DNA of 64,000 nt, taken from IMG/VR virus record IMGVR_UViG_3300045974_000166, positions 128,098-192,097 of that record; one strand, 5' to 3'. The notes beneath the pieces were generated by a model, which was not told where the DNA came from, searched no databases, and saw only the letters and a program-made list of their open reading frames with translations. Both the position numbers and the translations under genes were made by a program. Shown in pieces: positions 10,067-19,033 of this stretch. Each line of letters opens with the position of its first letter. Positions within the stretch are counted from its first letter, which is position 1. Source of the stretch: a virus.

Positions 10067-10323
10067 TGAATGAAGTAGCTTGGTTAATAGAATGCAACTT
10101 GCCTGGTGTGGGCAGGGCTGAGTGGTTTACTGCTGGGCCAATTAGGTCTGGTAAAGTAGAGTTTAGCCCTGGTGCAGATAAAGCAGTACGGTTTAGCCGA
10201 AGAACAGATGCTCAAGTAGTGTTAGACTGGTTGGCCGTAAATGAACAACTATTAATTTCACACTGTAACTATTTCGAAGTATATTCGGTAACCGAACACA
10301 TGTGGATATGTGGGATAGAATAA
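10066..10323 (+). CDS. hypothetical protein
   Basis: TAATG coupling. Confidence 0.7.
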   Translation: MNEVAWLIECNLPGVGRAEWFTAGPIRSGKVEFSPGADKAVRFSRRTDAQVVLDWLAVNEQLLISHCNYFEVYSVTEHMWICGIE

Positions 10324-10509
10324 GGATTTAATAATGAAAATCGATTATCAAATAGCCGCCGAGTTAAATCAAGAACAGATTTTCGCAATTATGCGAGAGT
10401 CGATTGAAAAGAAAACAGGTAAGCAATTAGCAAATATTTACTGGAATGAATCTGATGCTGGTGTTTCTTGTAAATTGATATTCCGAGATGAACCTGCGGA
10501 GTTAAAAGA

Positions 10510-10809
10510 ATGAAAACCGAGAATTTTAAATGTGTTCAAGAAGCAAAAGTAATTGTGAAAAAGCAAATGGAGTTTTACAATAGCATGATGGCAGAGAAAA
10601 ACACCATGAAATCCCACAGAACTAAAGAAGAATGCTTTGAAGAATTTATGCGGAATACTTCCTCACGTAGCATTACTCCAGCAGAAGCATTTTACGCAGG
10701 CTGGTACAACTGTGCCACCGAGATCAATAATGGATACGATTCAGATGATCTTCAGGAACAACTTGAGACTGGTGATTTCTTGCTTCGTGAAAACACCGAG
10801 GATGATTAA
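10510..10809 (+). CDS. hypothetical protein
   Basis: tandem ORF. Confidence 0.65.
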   Translation: MKTENFKCVQEAKVIVKKQMEFYNSMMAEKNTMKSHRTKEECFEEFMRNTSSRSITPAEAFYAGWYNCATEINNGYDSDDLQEQLETGDFLLRENTEDD

Positions 10810-10959
10810 ATGAGAATTCACCATTACTATACTCAAGAAGAATGTCATCGAGCATTGTACCTACAAAGCGGTATGCAAGTTTGGAAAGTATGGGTCAAAG
10901 GTAACTTACCAAACATGAATACTAATCAAGTAGCAAAACCAGTCGATAAGCAAAAATAG

Positions 10960-10988
10960 TTTACATGTAATCTACATTGTGTTAAAAT
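10960..10988 (+). promoter_or_regulatory. early/middle-type promoter
   Basis: TTTACA-17-TAAAAT. Confidence 0.7.
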
Positions 10989-11007
10989 GAATCTTTAAGG
11001 AAATTTT

Positions 11008-11220
11008 ATGGACAACAAACTTAGTTATGTATTGGGAGCAGCAGTTCTATTCTTTTTCGTTTTCCTGATAGGCAGCATGGTCATTTCAGGTATAAAGCGT
11101 GATGAAGCAATTGCTACACTAGCAGCAAAGGGAGTAAATCCTATTTTGGCTCGGTGTTCTCTTGACAATCAATACACCAAAGATAATTCAACCCTATGCG
11201 CCGAAGCACTTAAGAAATGA
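11008..11220 (+). CDS. small membrane protein
   Basis: N-terminal TM helix, AAGGA RBS. Confidence 0.75.
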   Translation: MDNKLSYVLGAAVLFFFVFLIGSMVISGIKRDEAIATLAAKGVNPILARCSLDNQYTKDNSTLCAEALKK

Positions 11221-11558
11221 GCAATTATTACCCCGACAAATGGGTCTTGGTAGAATTTGATTCTGCCAAACATGGTAAGATTACTAAGGTGCTAGCATCT
11301 TGGTACGGTGGATACTTAAATGGAGATTCTTGGAAGTTATCTTCTGGTGTTAACAAGATCACTGATACCTCAGAAGGATATGAGTTCTTAAATGATTCTG
11401 GGTCAACATATTTCTGTCACAAAGATGCTTATGGTATGTCTGGATATACAAGTTCTGTATATTCTAACTTTGTCGAACAAATCAAAGAAGCAAATGACGG
11501 ATCAACTATCCGAATTTTGGACGAAGACAAAGTTGAGGAAGCGGTGCTGATTGTATGA
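11217..11558 (+). CDS. conserved phage hypothetical protein
   Basis: PDKWV...WYGGYLNGDSWKLSSG. Confidence 0.8.
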   Translation: MSNYYPDKWVLVEFDSAKHGKITKVLASWYGGYLNGDSWKLSSGVNKITDTSEGYEFLNDSGSTYFCHKDAYGMSGYTSSVYSNFVEQIKEANDGSTIRILDEDKVEEAVLIV

Positions 11559-11730
11559 CTGAAGAAGATTATGATGTCGTTGTTGATGTCCTTCAAAAGC
11601 ATTACGATAAATTGCTCAAGATGACGCAGCAAAACATGAATGCTGACATGGACAATATCATGGATCAAATCCGACTTGAGCAATGTGCCCAACTTGGTAA
11701 GGCAATTATAATGTGGAAAACAAGGAGTAA

Positions 11731-11919
11731 ATGATGTTAAAAGTACAAAGCGCAAATTCTCGCGAACAATTAGATCGTATGATCTCGAAGTCAATGAGCG
11801 AGAAAAACTGGGCAGTCATGGAAGAAAATGCTGCATCGGTAAAATTCCCGTCAAAGTTTGTGGTGCTGTATGATCAGCAACTTCACCTTGCGACAATTGA
11901 ACATTTGGAATTTGCATGA
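11731..11919 (+). CDS. hypothetical protein
   Basis: AAGGAG RBS. Confidence 0.7.
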   Translation: MMLKVQSANSREQLDRMISKSMSEKNWAVMEENAASVKFPSKFVVLYDQQLHLATIEHLEFA

Positions 11920-12131
11920 ACGATCCAATCCGCGAAGCATTTGAGAGAATCACTGCACCAAATTTCCGAGATGTTGATGGTAAGTTCTCTTGTCAAAGAA
12001 ACTCGCATGGTGAATATGTAAACCCAGGATTAGAAGATCACTGGCAGACATTCCAAGAAGGGTGGGAAGCGGCAATTGATTCTGCTATTCTAGTTTTGAA
12101 TGCTCTCGATAAGGTGAATGGTAATGGATGA
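11916..12131 (+). CDS. hypothetical protein
   Basis: ATGA overlap. Confidence 0.7.
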   Translation: MNDPIREAFERITAPNFRDVDGKFSCQRNSHGEYVNPGLEDHWQTFQEGWEAAIDSAILVLNALDKVNGNG

Positions 12132-12318
12132 ACAAGATTTAGTTTACCGACTACGTAAACGAGCAGAGATTCGACGCCAGATTCCATCACGGAAGTCTGT
12201 GCAAGAAGGTGCGGCGGATCGCATTGCTGATCTACTTGATGAAGCGGCAAACGAAATTACTTCTCTTCGAGATGAGATTCAAGGAATGTGGGAACATGAA
12301 GCAGGAGCATCATTATGA
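12118..12318 (+). CDS. hypothetical protein
   Basis: DLVYRLRKRAEIRRQI. Confidence 0.75.
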   Translation: MVMDEQDLVYRLRKRAEIRRQIPSRKSVQEGAADRIADLLDEAANEITSLRDEIQGMWEHEAGASL

Positions 12319-12566
12319 TTGAAAAATACAAAACTCTATCGTGTATTGCAGCAGACGTCTGTGTAGAACAATGCATCGGCCAAGATGAAAACATTCCATG
12401 GATTTGGGAAGAAAAATATGCCGCTCTTGTTGTAGAAGCATGTATCGAAGAGGGCCGGAGAGCTGGTGGTCATGTGTGGCAAGAGTTAGTCACAACAGGT
12501 GACATCGAACATCGGATGCGCCGTGCCCTTGGTCTAGTTGGACCAAAAACATTAAGAAATCTATGA
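12315..12566 (+). CDS. hypothetical protein, FAELIVxEC family
   Basis: WEEKYAALVVEAC. Confidence 0.7.
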   Translation: MIEKYKTLSCIAADVCVEQCIGQDENIPWIWEEKYAALVVEACIEEGRRAGGHVWQELVTTGDIEHRMRRALGLVGPKTLRNL

Positions 12567-12979
12567 AAATCGGAGTCACAGGCACCCGCAAAGCTCCTAC
12601 TCAGGAGCAGTTAGATGCTGTACGAAAATTTTTAAATGCTGCACAGACTTATTGTAGAGAAAATGACGATTTCCTAGAACTGCATCACGGTGACTGTGTT
12701 GGCGCTGATGCAGCAGTAGCAGCAATCGCAAAAGAATTTGGAATCAAAACAGTAAGTCATCCACCTTCTAAAAGTGATCTTAGAGCATTCTTTGAATCAG
12801 ATGAAACTAGATATCCAACGTCGTATTTTGCACGGAATAGAAACGTCGTAGATGGCACGGACTTTCTTTTGGTAGTACCATATCAAACTACACCTCAAAC
12901 GTCTGGTGGCACTTGGTATACGCACGACTACGCGCTTAAGCAGGGCAAAGCAGTAAAGGTGATTTATCCAAATGTTTAA
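12563..12979 (+). CDS. SLOG superfamily (DprA/Smf-like) protein
   Basis: IGVTGTR, HHGDCVGAD, ARNRNVVD, SGGTWYT. Confidence 0.8.
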   Translation: MKIGVTGTRKAPTQEQLDAVRKFLNAAQTYCRENDDFLELHHGDCVGADAAVAAIAKEFGIKTVSHPPSKSDLRAFFESDETRYPTSYFARNRNVVDGTDFLLVVPYQTTPQTSGGTWYTHDYALKQGKAVKVIYPNV

Positions 12980-13802
12980 ATTAAAAGAATTTAGCAAAAC
13001 CAAAGAATGGGGTCTTGCTCTGTCACTTAAGACTGCATATGAATTTTACAAAGACGAACCAAATGTTCTTCACGTAGCATTATTTGGTTATTCATTCTGG
13101 TTCGAAGTACCACAGATTCTGAAACCAAAGTCTGTCTGGGTAGATACTTCAAGATATGAATGGGCCAAGGGTAATCCTAAAGCAGGATATACTAATCATA
13201 TTTGCCGTGAGTATGGATTTTCTATATATGAAGATCATTTGCACATTAGATATGGAATTCAGCCAGGTTCTTGGTCGAGAAATGATCCTGAAAATTCCGA
13301 CCATTCTAAATGCTTCGAAATCCCATGGAAAGCTCGGCGACGGATGCACATCGATTACTTGAATCCAGATGAAACTTTATTCAAGAGATATTTTGACAAA
13401 AAGAATGGCGGCATTAACTTTGATGCCCTAGAAGAAATTAGAAATGCAGTACCAAAGTTAGTGATCAAGTTCAACGACTTTGACGGAGAAGAAATCACTG
13501 CTACTTGCCACATCGAAGAATCAATGTATCGTCACGGCACATCTTGGATGAAATGGCTTGGATACATTAGAAAACCAGTATACTATAAACACGTTGACTT
13601 CTCTTTTGATAAAGAAGTGGGTCGGCAAAAAGGTGACTGGAAAGGCGGCACAACGGCACATTCGGCTGTCGTCGAAGAAGGTGATACTCTGTTTGAAGCA
13701 TTTGTCAGATATGGAACATCTCTCGAACGCTGCAAAGGGTACGGCCAGGTTAACCGTGAATTTAGTAATATGAGGATAGTAAATGATCAAGCAATATCGT
13801 AA
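12972..13802 (+). CDS. hypothetical protein
   Basis: 276-aa ORF in tandem array. Confidence 0.8.
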   Translation: MFKLKEFSKTKEWGLALSLKTAYEFYKDEPNVLHVALFGYSFWFEVPQILKPKSVWVDTSRYEWAKGNPKAGYTNHICREYGFSIYEDHLHIRYGIQPGSWSRNDPENSDHSKCFEIPWKARRRMHIDYLNPDETLFKRYFDKKNGGINFDALEEIRNAVPKLVIKFNDFDGEEITATCHIEESMYRHGTSWMKWLGYIRKPVYYKHVDFSFDKEVGRQKGDWKGGTTAHSAVVEEGDTLFEAFVRYGTSLERCKGYGQVNREFSNMRIVNDQAIS

Positions 13803-14073
13803 GAAACCAGTAGTAATTGAAGCAGTTCAGTTCGTCTATTCTAAAGAAGGAATTGAAGAACTGAAGGCATTCTGCGGTCCATATCTGCTGAAGACAAACA
13901 AGAATCGACACATTGGTGCCATCGGCGAAGCTCACATCGGCACTTTGGAAGATGGGAATGTTCTTCAAGTAGACCACATCGCCGATGAAGGTGACTACAT
14001 TATCAAAGGTGTTGCTGGCGAATTTTACCCATGTAAACCCAGCATCTTCCATTCTACATACGAGGCTGTATGA
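13783..14073 (+). CDS. conserved phage protein (KKPVVIEA / PGDYG-like)
   Basis: KKPVVIEAVQF...GDYIIKGVAGEFYPCKP. Confidence 0.8.
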   Translation: MIKQYRKKPVVIEAVQFVYSKEGIEELKAFCGPYLLKTNKNRHIGAIGEAHIGTLEDGNVLQVDHIADEGDYIIKGVAGEFYPCKPSIFHSTYEAV

Positions 14074-14267
14074 CTAAAGTAGAAAAGCTCGAAAATAAAA
14101 TTTTTAAACTGTATTCACAGATCGATGAAATCCAAAGGGCATGTCCGCATACTAATGCAAGCAAAGAGGGATTTTCTGACACAGGTAACTGGTGCAAAGC
14201 CGATGATTGTTACTGGTGGGAATTCAGATGTCCAGACTGTGGAAAGATATGGACGGAGGATCAATAA
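14070..14267 (+). CDS. hypothetical Zn-finger-like protein
   Basis: CPH...CPDCG. Confidence 0.7.
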   Translation: MTKVEKLENKIFKLYSQIDEIQRACPHTNASKEGFSDTGNWCKADDCYWWEFRCPDCGKIWTEDQ

Positions 14268-14548
14268 TGGCTAACGGATATGCAGACATTACTGATGTAG
14301 CAATTAAGTACGATGGTGTGATCTGGTCTCTACCGCGGCCAAATCGGCATCATCACGTGATTCGTCTTATTGCTTCTAAGAACGGAGTAGGCATCAAAGG
14401 GTCAGATGTTCAAGGTTTCCTAGATGAAAACGGTGAGTTTCTGAACCGCCAAGGTGCCTTCATTCGCGCACAAAGAACTGGGCAAATCATACGCCCAGCA
14501 GAAGGCGGTTATCAAGGTGGGAATTTATTCTCGGAAGATCTCTGGTAA
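14207..14548 (+). CDS. conserved phage hypothetical protein (start probably 14267)
   Basis: RHHH, QGFLDENGEFLNR, LFSEDLW. Confidence 0.75.
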   Translation: MLLVGIQMSRLWKDMDGGSIMANGYADITDVAIKYDGVIWSLPRPNRHHHVIRLIASKNGVGIKGSDVQGFLDENGEFLNRQGAFIRAQRTGQIIRPAEGGYQGGNLFSEDLW

Positions 14549-14577
14549 TTTACACATAAACTTTTTGATGTTATAAT
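14549..14577 (+). promoter_or_regulatory. early promoter
   Basis: TTTACA-17-TATAAT. Confidence 0.85.
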
Positions 14578-14583
14578 GAACCT

Positions 14584-14832
14584 ATGAAATTTTGTATAGA
14601 CTGTAAATACCACAGATATGGTGACGATTACCCATCAGAATGTCACCATCCGATGTCTAACTATAAGACAAATCTAGTATCTGGATATGAGTATTTCCGT
14701 GATTGTACTTATATGAGAGTTGATTTTGCCACTGCAACCGGAATATCTATGCAGGCTGCTGTATGTGGTCCAGATGCAAAATTATTTGAACAAAAGAAAC
14801 CTTGGTGGAAATTATGGCTAAGAAATTCGTAA
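14584..14832 (+). CDS. hypothetical Cys-rich protein
   Basis: CIDCKY...CGPDAKLFE. Confidence 0.7.
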   Translation: MKFCIDCKYHRYGDDYPSECHHPMSNYKTNLVSGYEYFRDCTYMRVDFATATGISMQAAVCGPDAKLFEQKKPWWKLWLRNS

Positions 14833-15842
14833 CCGGTTTGGTTGTCGGCAAGTTCTGCCCACTTCACGATGGGCACGTCAAAGTCATTGATACTGCCGCT
14901 GAGCAATGTGAGAATCTAATCATACTATCTTACACCTCGGGTAATTTCCCAGGCTGTGAAGCAGAGAAGCGGCAAGAGTGGTTAGAAATGGCCACAAAAT
15001 TTTGGGACAGAACCAATATTACAATTGATGTCCTAGACACAAAATCCATTGTCATGGGCCTTGTGGATGACTCTTCGGAGTTTGCACATAGACAATTTTG
15101 TGCCGAACATTTGCTTGAAACTTTAGAAACTACCGTAGATGCCGTCTTTACATCCGAAGATTATGGACAGGGATTTGCCGATCATCTAGCACTTTACTTT
15201 ACGTCGAAATTTTTGAATCCAGTTCATGTCGAACATGTGATGGTAGACAAAGATCGCCTTGAACATCCAATTTCTGGCACACAACTCCGGGAATCAACTA
15301 AGAATATGGAACTATATACACCGTGGTATGTTCGAAAAGATTTTGTTCGTAAGGTATTATTCCTTGGTGCCGAATCAACTGGCAAAACTACTTTAGTACG
15401 TGCGCTTGGGGATGAACAACATACTGCTCTAGAATATGGCCGATTGCTGTACGATGCTCGGAATGGTAAACTTCGGTATGAAGACATGACTCTAATTGGT
15501 GCTCGGCAACTTCAAGTGGAAGATTTAAAGGCTGGCGGCATTAAAATGGATGAATTCATATACTGTGACACATCACCATTGACCACACTGTTTTACACCG
15601 AGCAGTGGTTTGGTCGAGTTCCACAAAAACTTTACGATATGGCAGCAAATTTGGATTCTTACTACAAGATCTTCCTGTGTGCGCCAGACTTTCCGATGGT
15701 GCAGGATGGCACCCGGCAGGATGAAAAGTTCCGGAACAAAGGGCATGCGTTCTATCTCAAAGAACTCGAAGGCAAGAAATATACTCTGCTCACAGGAAGT
15801 CTTGAAGAACGAATTGCTAAAGTGAAACAGGAATTACTATGA
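14802..15842 (+). CDS. nadR: NadR-like NMN adenylyltransferase / nicotinamide riboside kinase
   Basis: GKFCPLHDGH (HxGH), PISGTQLR, LGAESTGKTT, EYGR, CDTSPLTT, QDGTR. Confidence 0.92.
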   Translation: MVEIMAKKFVTGLVVGKFCPLHDGHVKVIDTAAEQCENLIILSYTSGNFPGCEAEKRQEWLEMATKFWDRTNITIDVLDTKSIVMGLVDDSSEFAHRQFCAEHLLETLETTVDAVFTSEDYGQGFADHLALYFTSKFLNPVHVEHVMVDKDRLEHPISGTQLRESTKNMELYTPWYVRKDFVRKVLFLGAESTGKTTLVRALGDEQHTALEYGRLLYDARNGKLRYEDMTLIGARQLQVEDLKAGGIKMDEFIYCDTSPLTTLFYTEQWFGRVPQKLYDMAANLDSYYKIFLCAPDFPMVQDGTRQDEKFRNKGHAFYLKELEGKKYTLLTGSLEERIAKVKQELL

Positions 15843-16174
15843 GTGATTACATGGAATTTAGAGGTAAGTGTAAAGAACTATCCGAAGCTGCATGTTTAGA
15901 TGATCCAACACTTAAATTAGTTCGAGGTCATTACTATTGTCCAATTTGGAATTCAGAAGAACAACATTGGTGGACAGTGAAAGAAGATGGGACGATTTAT
16001 GATCCATCTAAAGCTCAATTTCCATCTAAGGGACTTGGTACGTACACAGAATTTTCTGGTATGGTTGAATGTTCTGAATGCGGAAAAGAAATGAAAGAAG
16101 AAGATGCAAGTTTCGATAGTAACTATGCATTTTGTTCTTATAAATGTCATGGTAGATTTGTAGGAGTATTTTAA
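15839..16174 (+). CDS. hypothetical protein with Cys motifs
   Basis: HWW, CSECG, FCSYKC. Confidence 0.75.
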   Translation: MSDYMEFRGKCKELSEAACLDDPTLKLVRGHYYCPIWNSEEQHWWTVKEDGTIYDPSKAQFPSKGLGTYTEFSGMVECSECGKEMKEEDASFDSNYAFCSYKCHGRFVGVF

Positions 16175-16440
16175 TGAAACCGGTTTACACATTAGAAAAT
16201 TGGGCAATAATATATGCCGTGGATAGTCCATATACGGCGCCCGAGGCTGCAGTGCCTTGTTTAGTGGGGGATAGAAATGGACTTTACGTAAAGACATCTA
16301 GACTTCTTGGCAAATCTGGGAACTATGTGGTAACACAGAATTCTCTGTACAAGCTAGGGGAACCAGATCCAGAGTACGAAGCAGCTTATCCCGGTGCTCG
16401 TGGCCGAATGTTTACATCGTTGCAGAATGTAGAAGTATGA
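16174..16440 (+). CDS. hypothetical protein
   Basis: TAATG coupling. Confidence 0.7.
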   Translation: MKPVYTLENWAIIYAVDSPYTAPEAAVPCLVGDRNGLYVKTSRLLGKSGNYVVTQNSLYKLGEPDPEYEAAYPGARGRMFTSLQNVEV

Positions 16441-16443
16441 GAC

Positions 16444-16647
16444 ATGATCAAAATCAATAATAATCTGTATGTAGCCGAAGATCAGATTTCAGAAGTCGCT
16501 TTAGATTACTATGGTGAACATGTCAAAGTGACTATGAAATCGGGTGAGATACACACCAAATCTAACGTTTATGGAGTTTCTGTCTACAAACAGTTGGATG
16601 ACTTAGTCAAAGAAATTAATTTACACATAATGCGCGATGTAGTATAA
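16444..16647 (+). CDS. hypothetical protein
   Basis: tandem ORF overlapping next promoter. Confidence 0.65.
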   Translation: MIKINNNLYVAEDQISEVALDYYGEHVKVTMKSGEIHTKSNVYGVSVYKQLDDLVKEINLHIMRDVV

Positions 16648-16648
16648 T
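16620..16648 (+). promoter_or_regulatory. early promoter
   Basis: TTTACA-17-TATAAT. Confidence 0.85.
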
Positions 16649-16678
16649 AAACCAACTTCTGAAACTCAAAGGAAAATC

Positions 16679-17029
16679 ATGTCTACATTCGATGAACTCT
16701 CGGTATCTGATCTGCACAAAGATGCGTTCGGTTGCCGTCCTTCTCAGTCTTGGTGGTATGGTTGGACCCATGCTACGGATGCCCAAAAGCAATTCCAATG
16801 GGATTCTTTGGTGGAAGCCATGGTGCGCTCGGAAGACTACCGCAAAGAGCAAGAAGTGCGAGACATCGCTAAGTTCGAAGCTTCGGTTGCAGTTACCATT
16901 GAAGCTGGTGCAGCTGATCGTGCTACCGCCCTTCGGTGGCTCTTTGAAGCTGCTGATTGTTTTGGTGACTGGGAACATTTTGAATGGCAGAATGGTCTGC
17001 CGTTTCGGTATTTGACAAAGGAAATGTAA
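16679..17029 (+). CDS. conserved phage hypothetical protein
   Basis: SDLHKDAFGCRP; AAAGGA RBS. Confidence 0.8.
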   Translation: MSTFDELSVSDLHKDAFGCRPSQSWWYGWTHATDAQKQFQWDSLVEAMVRSEDYRKEQEVRDIAKFEASVAVTIEAGAADRATALRWLFEAADCFGDWEHFEWQNGLPFRYLTKEM

Positions 17030-17241
17030 TGTCTAGAGTAACTATGTCCGCGGCGTTCATTGTAAGCAACCCAGATGGTTGGCTGTATTCTGTTCGGGCG
17101 GACGACGACAATTCCGAGTGCATTCGCATAGAACAAATCGATGACGGCAGTGGCACTCCGACTGGTCATCTTGTCTTCACAAAAGAGGAAGCAATGTTTA
17201 TTGCTACCGCACTACAACGACTTGCTATTAACAAGGACTAA
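16984..17241 (+). CDS. hypothetical protein (start probably 17029)
   Basis: TAATG coupling. Confidence 0.65.
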   Translation: MAEWSAVSVFDKGNVMSRVTMSAAFIVSNPDGWLYSVRADDDNSECIRIEQIDDGSGTPTGHLVFTKEEAMFIATALQRLAINKD

Positions 17242-17707
17242 AATGACCGATTACTTTGAATTAGAAGAAGGCATCCAGAATTGCTGGAATGTCACCACAG
17301 ACATCAAGGATATGTGTGAAGCCGGAGCTCCAGTGGAAGACATCAAAGCTCTGGCAACCGTGTATGCCTATCGCTTCGAAAAGCTCTGGAATACTTACGA
17401 GAGCATGATCCGGGAAAAACAATTTGTGAGTACTGAGGTTCCAACGGCCGAACAATTCTCAGATTTGCCGCCAAGCGGGGTTGACATGAGCGAGGCGGCA
17501 ACTACATCTGGCAACGGAATCTTTGGAGTCAATCTTGTGGATTCGGATAATCAGAATGTACGACTCTCGTACGGTATCTATGACACAGATGAAGGTCCCC
17601 AGCGGATCCTCGGTATTGGCCGCGGCACCGAAACTTTATCATCATCGATCAATGATCTTGATGTGTACATCAACGCACTTACTATCTTGAAGGCTTGTGT
17701 AAAATGA
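17141..17707 (+). CDS. hypothetical protein (start probably 17243)
   Basis: AAGGA RBS before MTDYFELE. Confidence 0.7.
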   Translation: MTAVALRLVILSSQKRKQCLLLPHYNDLLLTRTKMTDYFELEEGIQNCWNVTTDIKDMCEAGAPVEDIKALATVYAYRFEKLWNTYESMIREKQFVSTEVPTAEQFSDLPPSGVDMSEAATTSGNGIFGVNLVDSDNQNVRLSYGIYDTDEGPQRILGIGRGTETLSSSINDLDVYINALTILKACVK

Positions 17708-17928
17708 ACTACCCCCGCGTGTATGGATTCACAGATCGTCAACTGAAACATGCCGACGTTCTTTGGGCGCTTCAGTCTACCGAGGATGTTGAGTACTACC
17801 TTAGTGGTTTGACTGGAGCCGATTTCACAGATGCTCAGGTTGCTCTCATGATGATTGCCGCCGAGATTTACGATGAAGTCACAGAGTTTGACTTTGATCT
17901 GACTCAAGTTCTCGAGAATCTGAAATAA
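17695..17928 (+). CDS. hypothetical protein
   Basis: ATGA overlap. Confidence 0.7.
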   Translation: MCKMNYPRVYGFTDRQLKHADVLWALQSTEDVEYYLSGLTGADFTDAQVALMMIAAEIYDEVTEFDFDLTQVLENLK

Positions 17929-17957
17929 TTTACACATATTGACTGTTGGGTTATAAT
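17929..17957 (+). promoter_or_regulatory. early promoter
   Basis: TTTACA-17-TATAAT. Confidence 0.85.
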
Positions 17958-17963
17958 TAACCC

Positions 17964-18167
17964 ATGTCTAAAATCACTCTTAAAACAGTCAATAAAGCCC
18001 TGAAGGAAGAGGGAATTCCCCTCGAACTTCAACGTGGTTCTGGTTACTTTTACTTCACCGGCTATGTGTTGGATCTCCGTGATTCAACCTCGGTGATGGT
18101 AAACTCACTGAACCAATTGACTCTCGGCGAGTGGATTGAAGAAGCTCAATCGTTGATCAAGGAATAA
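17964..18167 (+). CDS. hypothetical protein, nearly leaderless
   Basis: ATG 7 nt after the -10 box. Confidence 0.7.
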   Translation: MSKITLKTVNKALKEEGIPLELQRGSGYFYFTGYVLDLRDSTSVMVNSLNQLTLGEWIEEAQSLIKE

Positions 18168-18169
18168 TC

Positions 18170-18448
18170 ATGCGTGGAAAATACAGCCCAACCGTTACTG
18201 CCGCTTACATGGCTGACCAGGAATGGTGGCACAAATACAGCCGTGAAGCCGAAGAATTCACTCAGTACGACCCAGAAGGTTTCGATTCTTACGGCTACGA
18301 TGTGAACGACGTTGACCGTGCCGGCAACTGGGAATGTGTTTACTACGAGAACAATGCGCCAGAGTTTGTTGATGCCGACTACAACTGGAAGTACGAAGCG
18401 GCTCTGGATGAATGGACATTTGACGGTATGAAACCGGTAAGGAAATGA
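18170..18448 (+). CDS. hypothetical protein
   Basis: YDPEGFDSYGYDVNDVDRAG. Confidence 0.75.
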   Translation: MRGKYSPTVTAAYMADQEWWHKYSREAEEFTQYDPEGFDSYGYDVNDVDRAGNWECVYYENNAPEFVDADYNWKYEAALDEWTFDGMKPVRK

Positions 18449-18700
18449 ATGAATGCAGCAGAAGCACTTGACTTGGCAACAGCGGCTAGGTCGCTTGACG
18501 GTGAGTACAAACGCGAAGAAACCAACGAGGTTTTGAAAACAATCAAAGCTAATGCTAAAGTTGGCAATCTAGGTTGTATCATTTATGATCTCATTGATCC
18601 GATAGTAGTGAATCGTCTGAGAATACTTGGGTATGCAGTCAGAGAGTCTGAGGACCAACGTGACGGCTACATGGCAGAAATTACTTGGGGTAAAAAATGA
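18449..18700 (+). CDS. hypothetical protein
   Basis: tandem ORF. Confidence 0.7.
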   Translation: MNAAEALDLATAARSLDGEYKREETNEVLKTIKANAKVGNLGCIIYDLIDPIVVNRLRILGYAVRESEDQRDGYMAEITWGKK

Positions 18701-18790
18701 GACCAGCACATCTTTACATCACCGCATCAATCGTGATGTTCGCTCTCGGACATTGGATTGCCGGATCAATTTTGTTGTTTTTGTTTTTGA

Positions 18791-19033
18791 TTGCATGATA
18801 TGAGGTACGATGAGTTTAGAATGGCTCACTATGCCACATATCAACCACAACTTCGTGGTCCAGGATTTGAAGATGAAAGCATCACCGATTGGAAAAACCG
18901 TTGGGTTACTCGTATGTCTTCTCTGCAAATCCGTACGTGCATGGTTCATGAATTTGGGCACTACAATAGTGAGTGGAAAGATGTTGCCGAGGTAGTTATT
19001 CCGGCGTCCGAATGGTATAAGGAAACAAAATGA
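18791..19033 (+). CDS. hypothetical protein
   Basis: tandem ORF. Confidence 0.55.
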   Translation: MHDMRYDEFRMAHYATYQPQLRGPGFEDESITDWKNRWVTRMSSLQIRTCMVHEFGHYNSEWKDVAEVVIPASEWYKETK

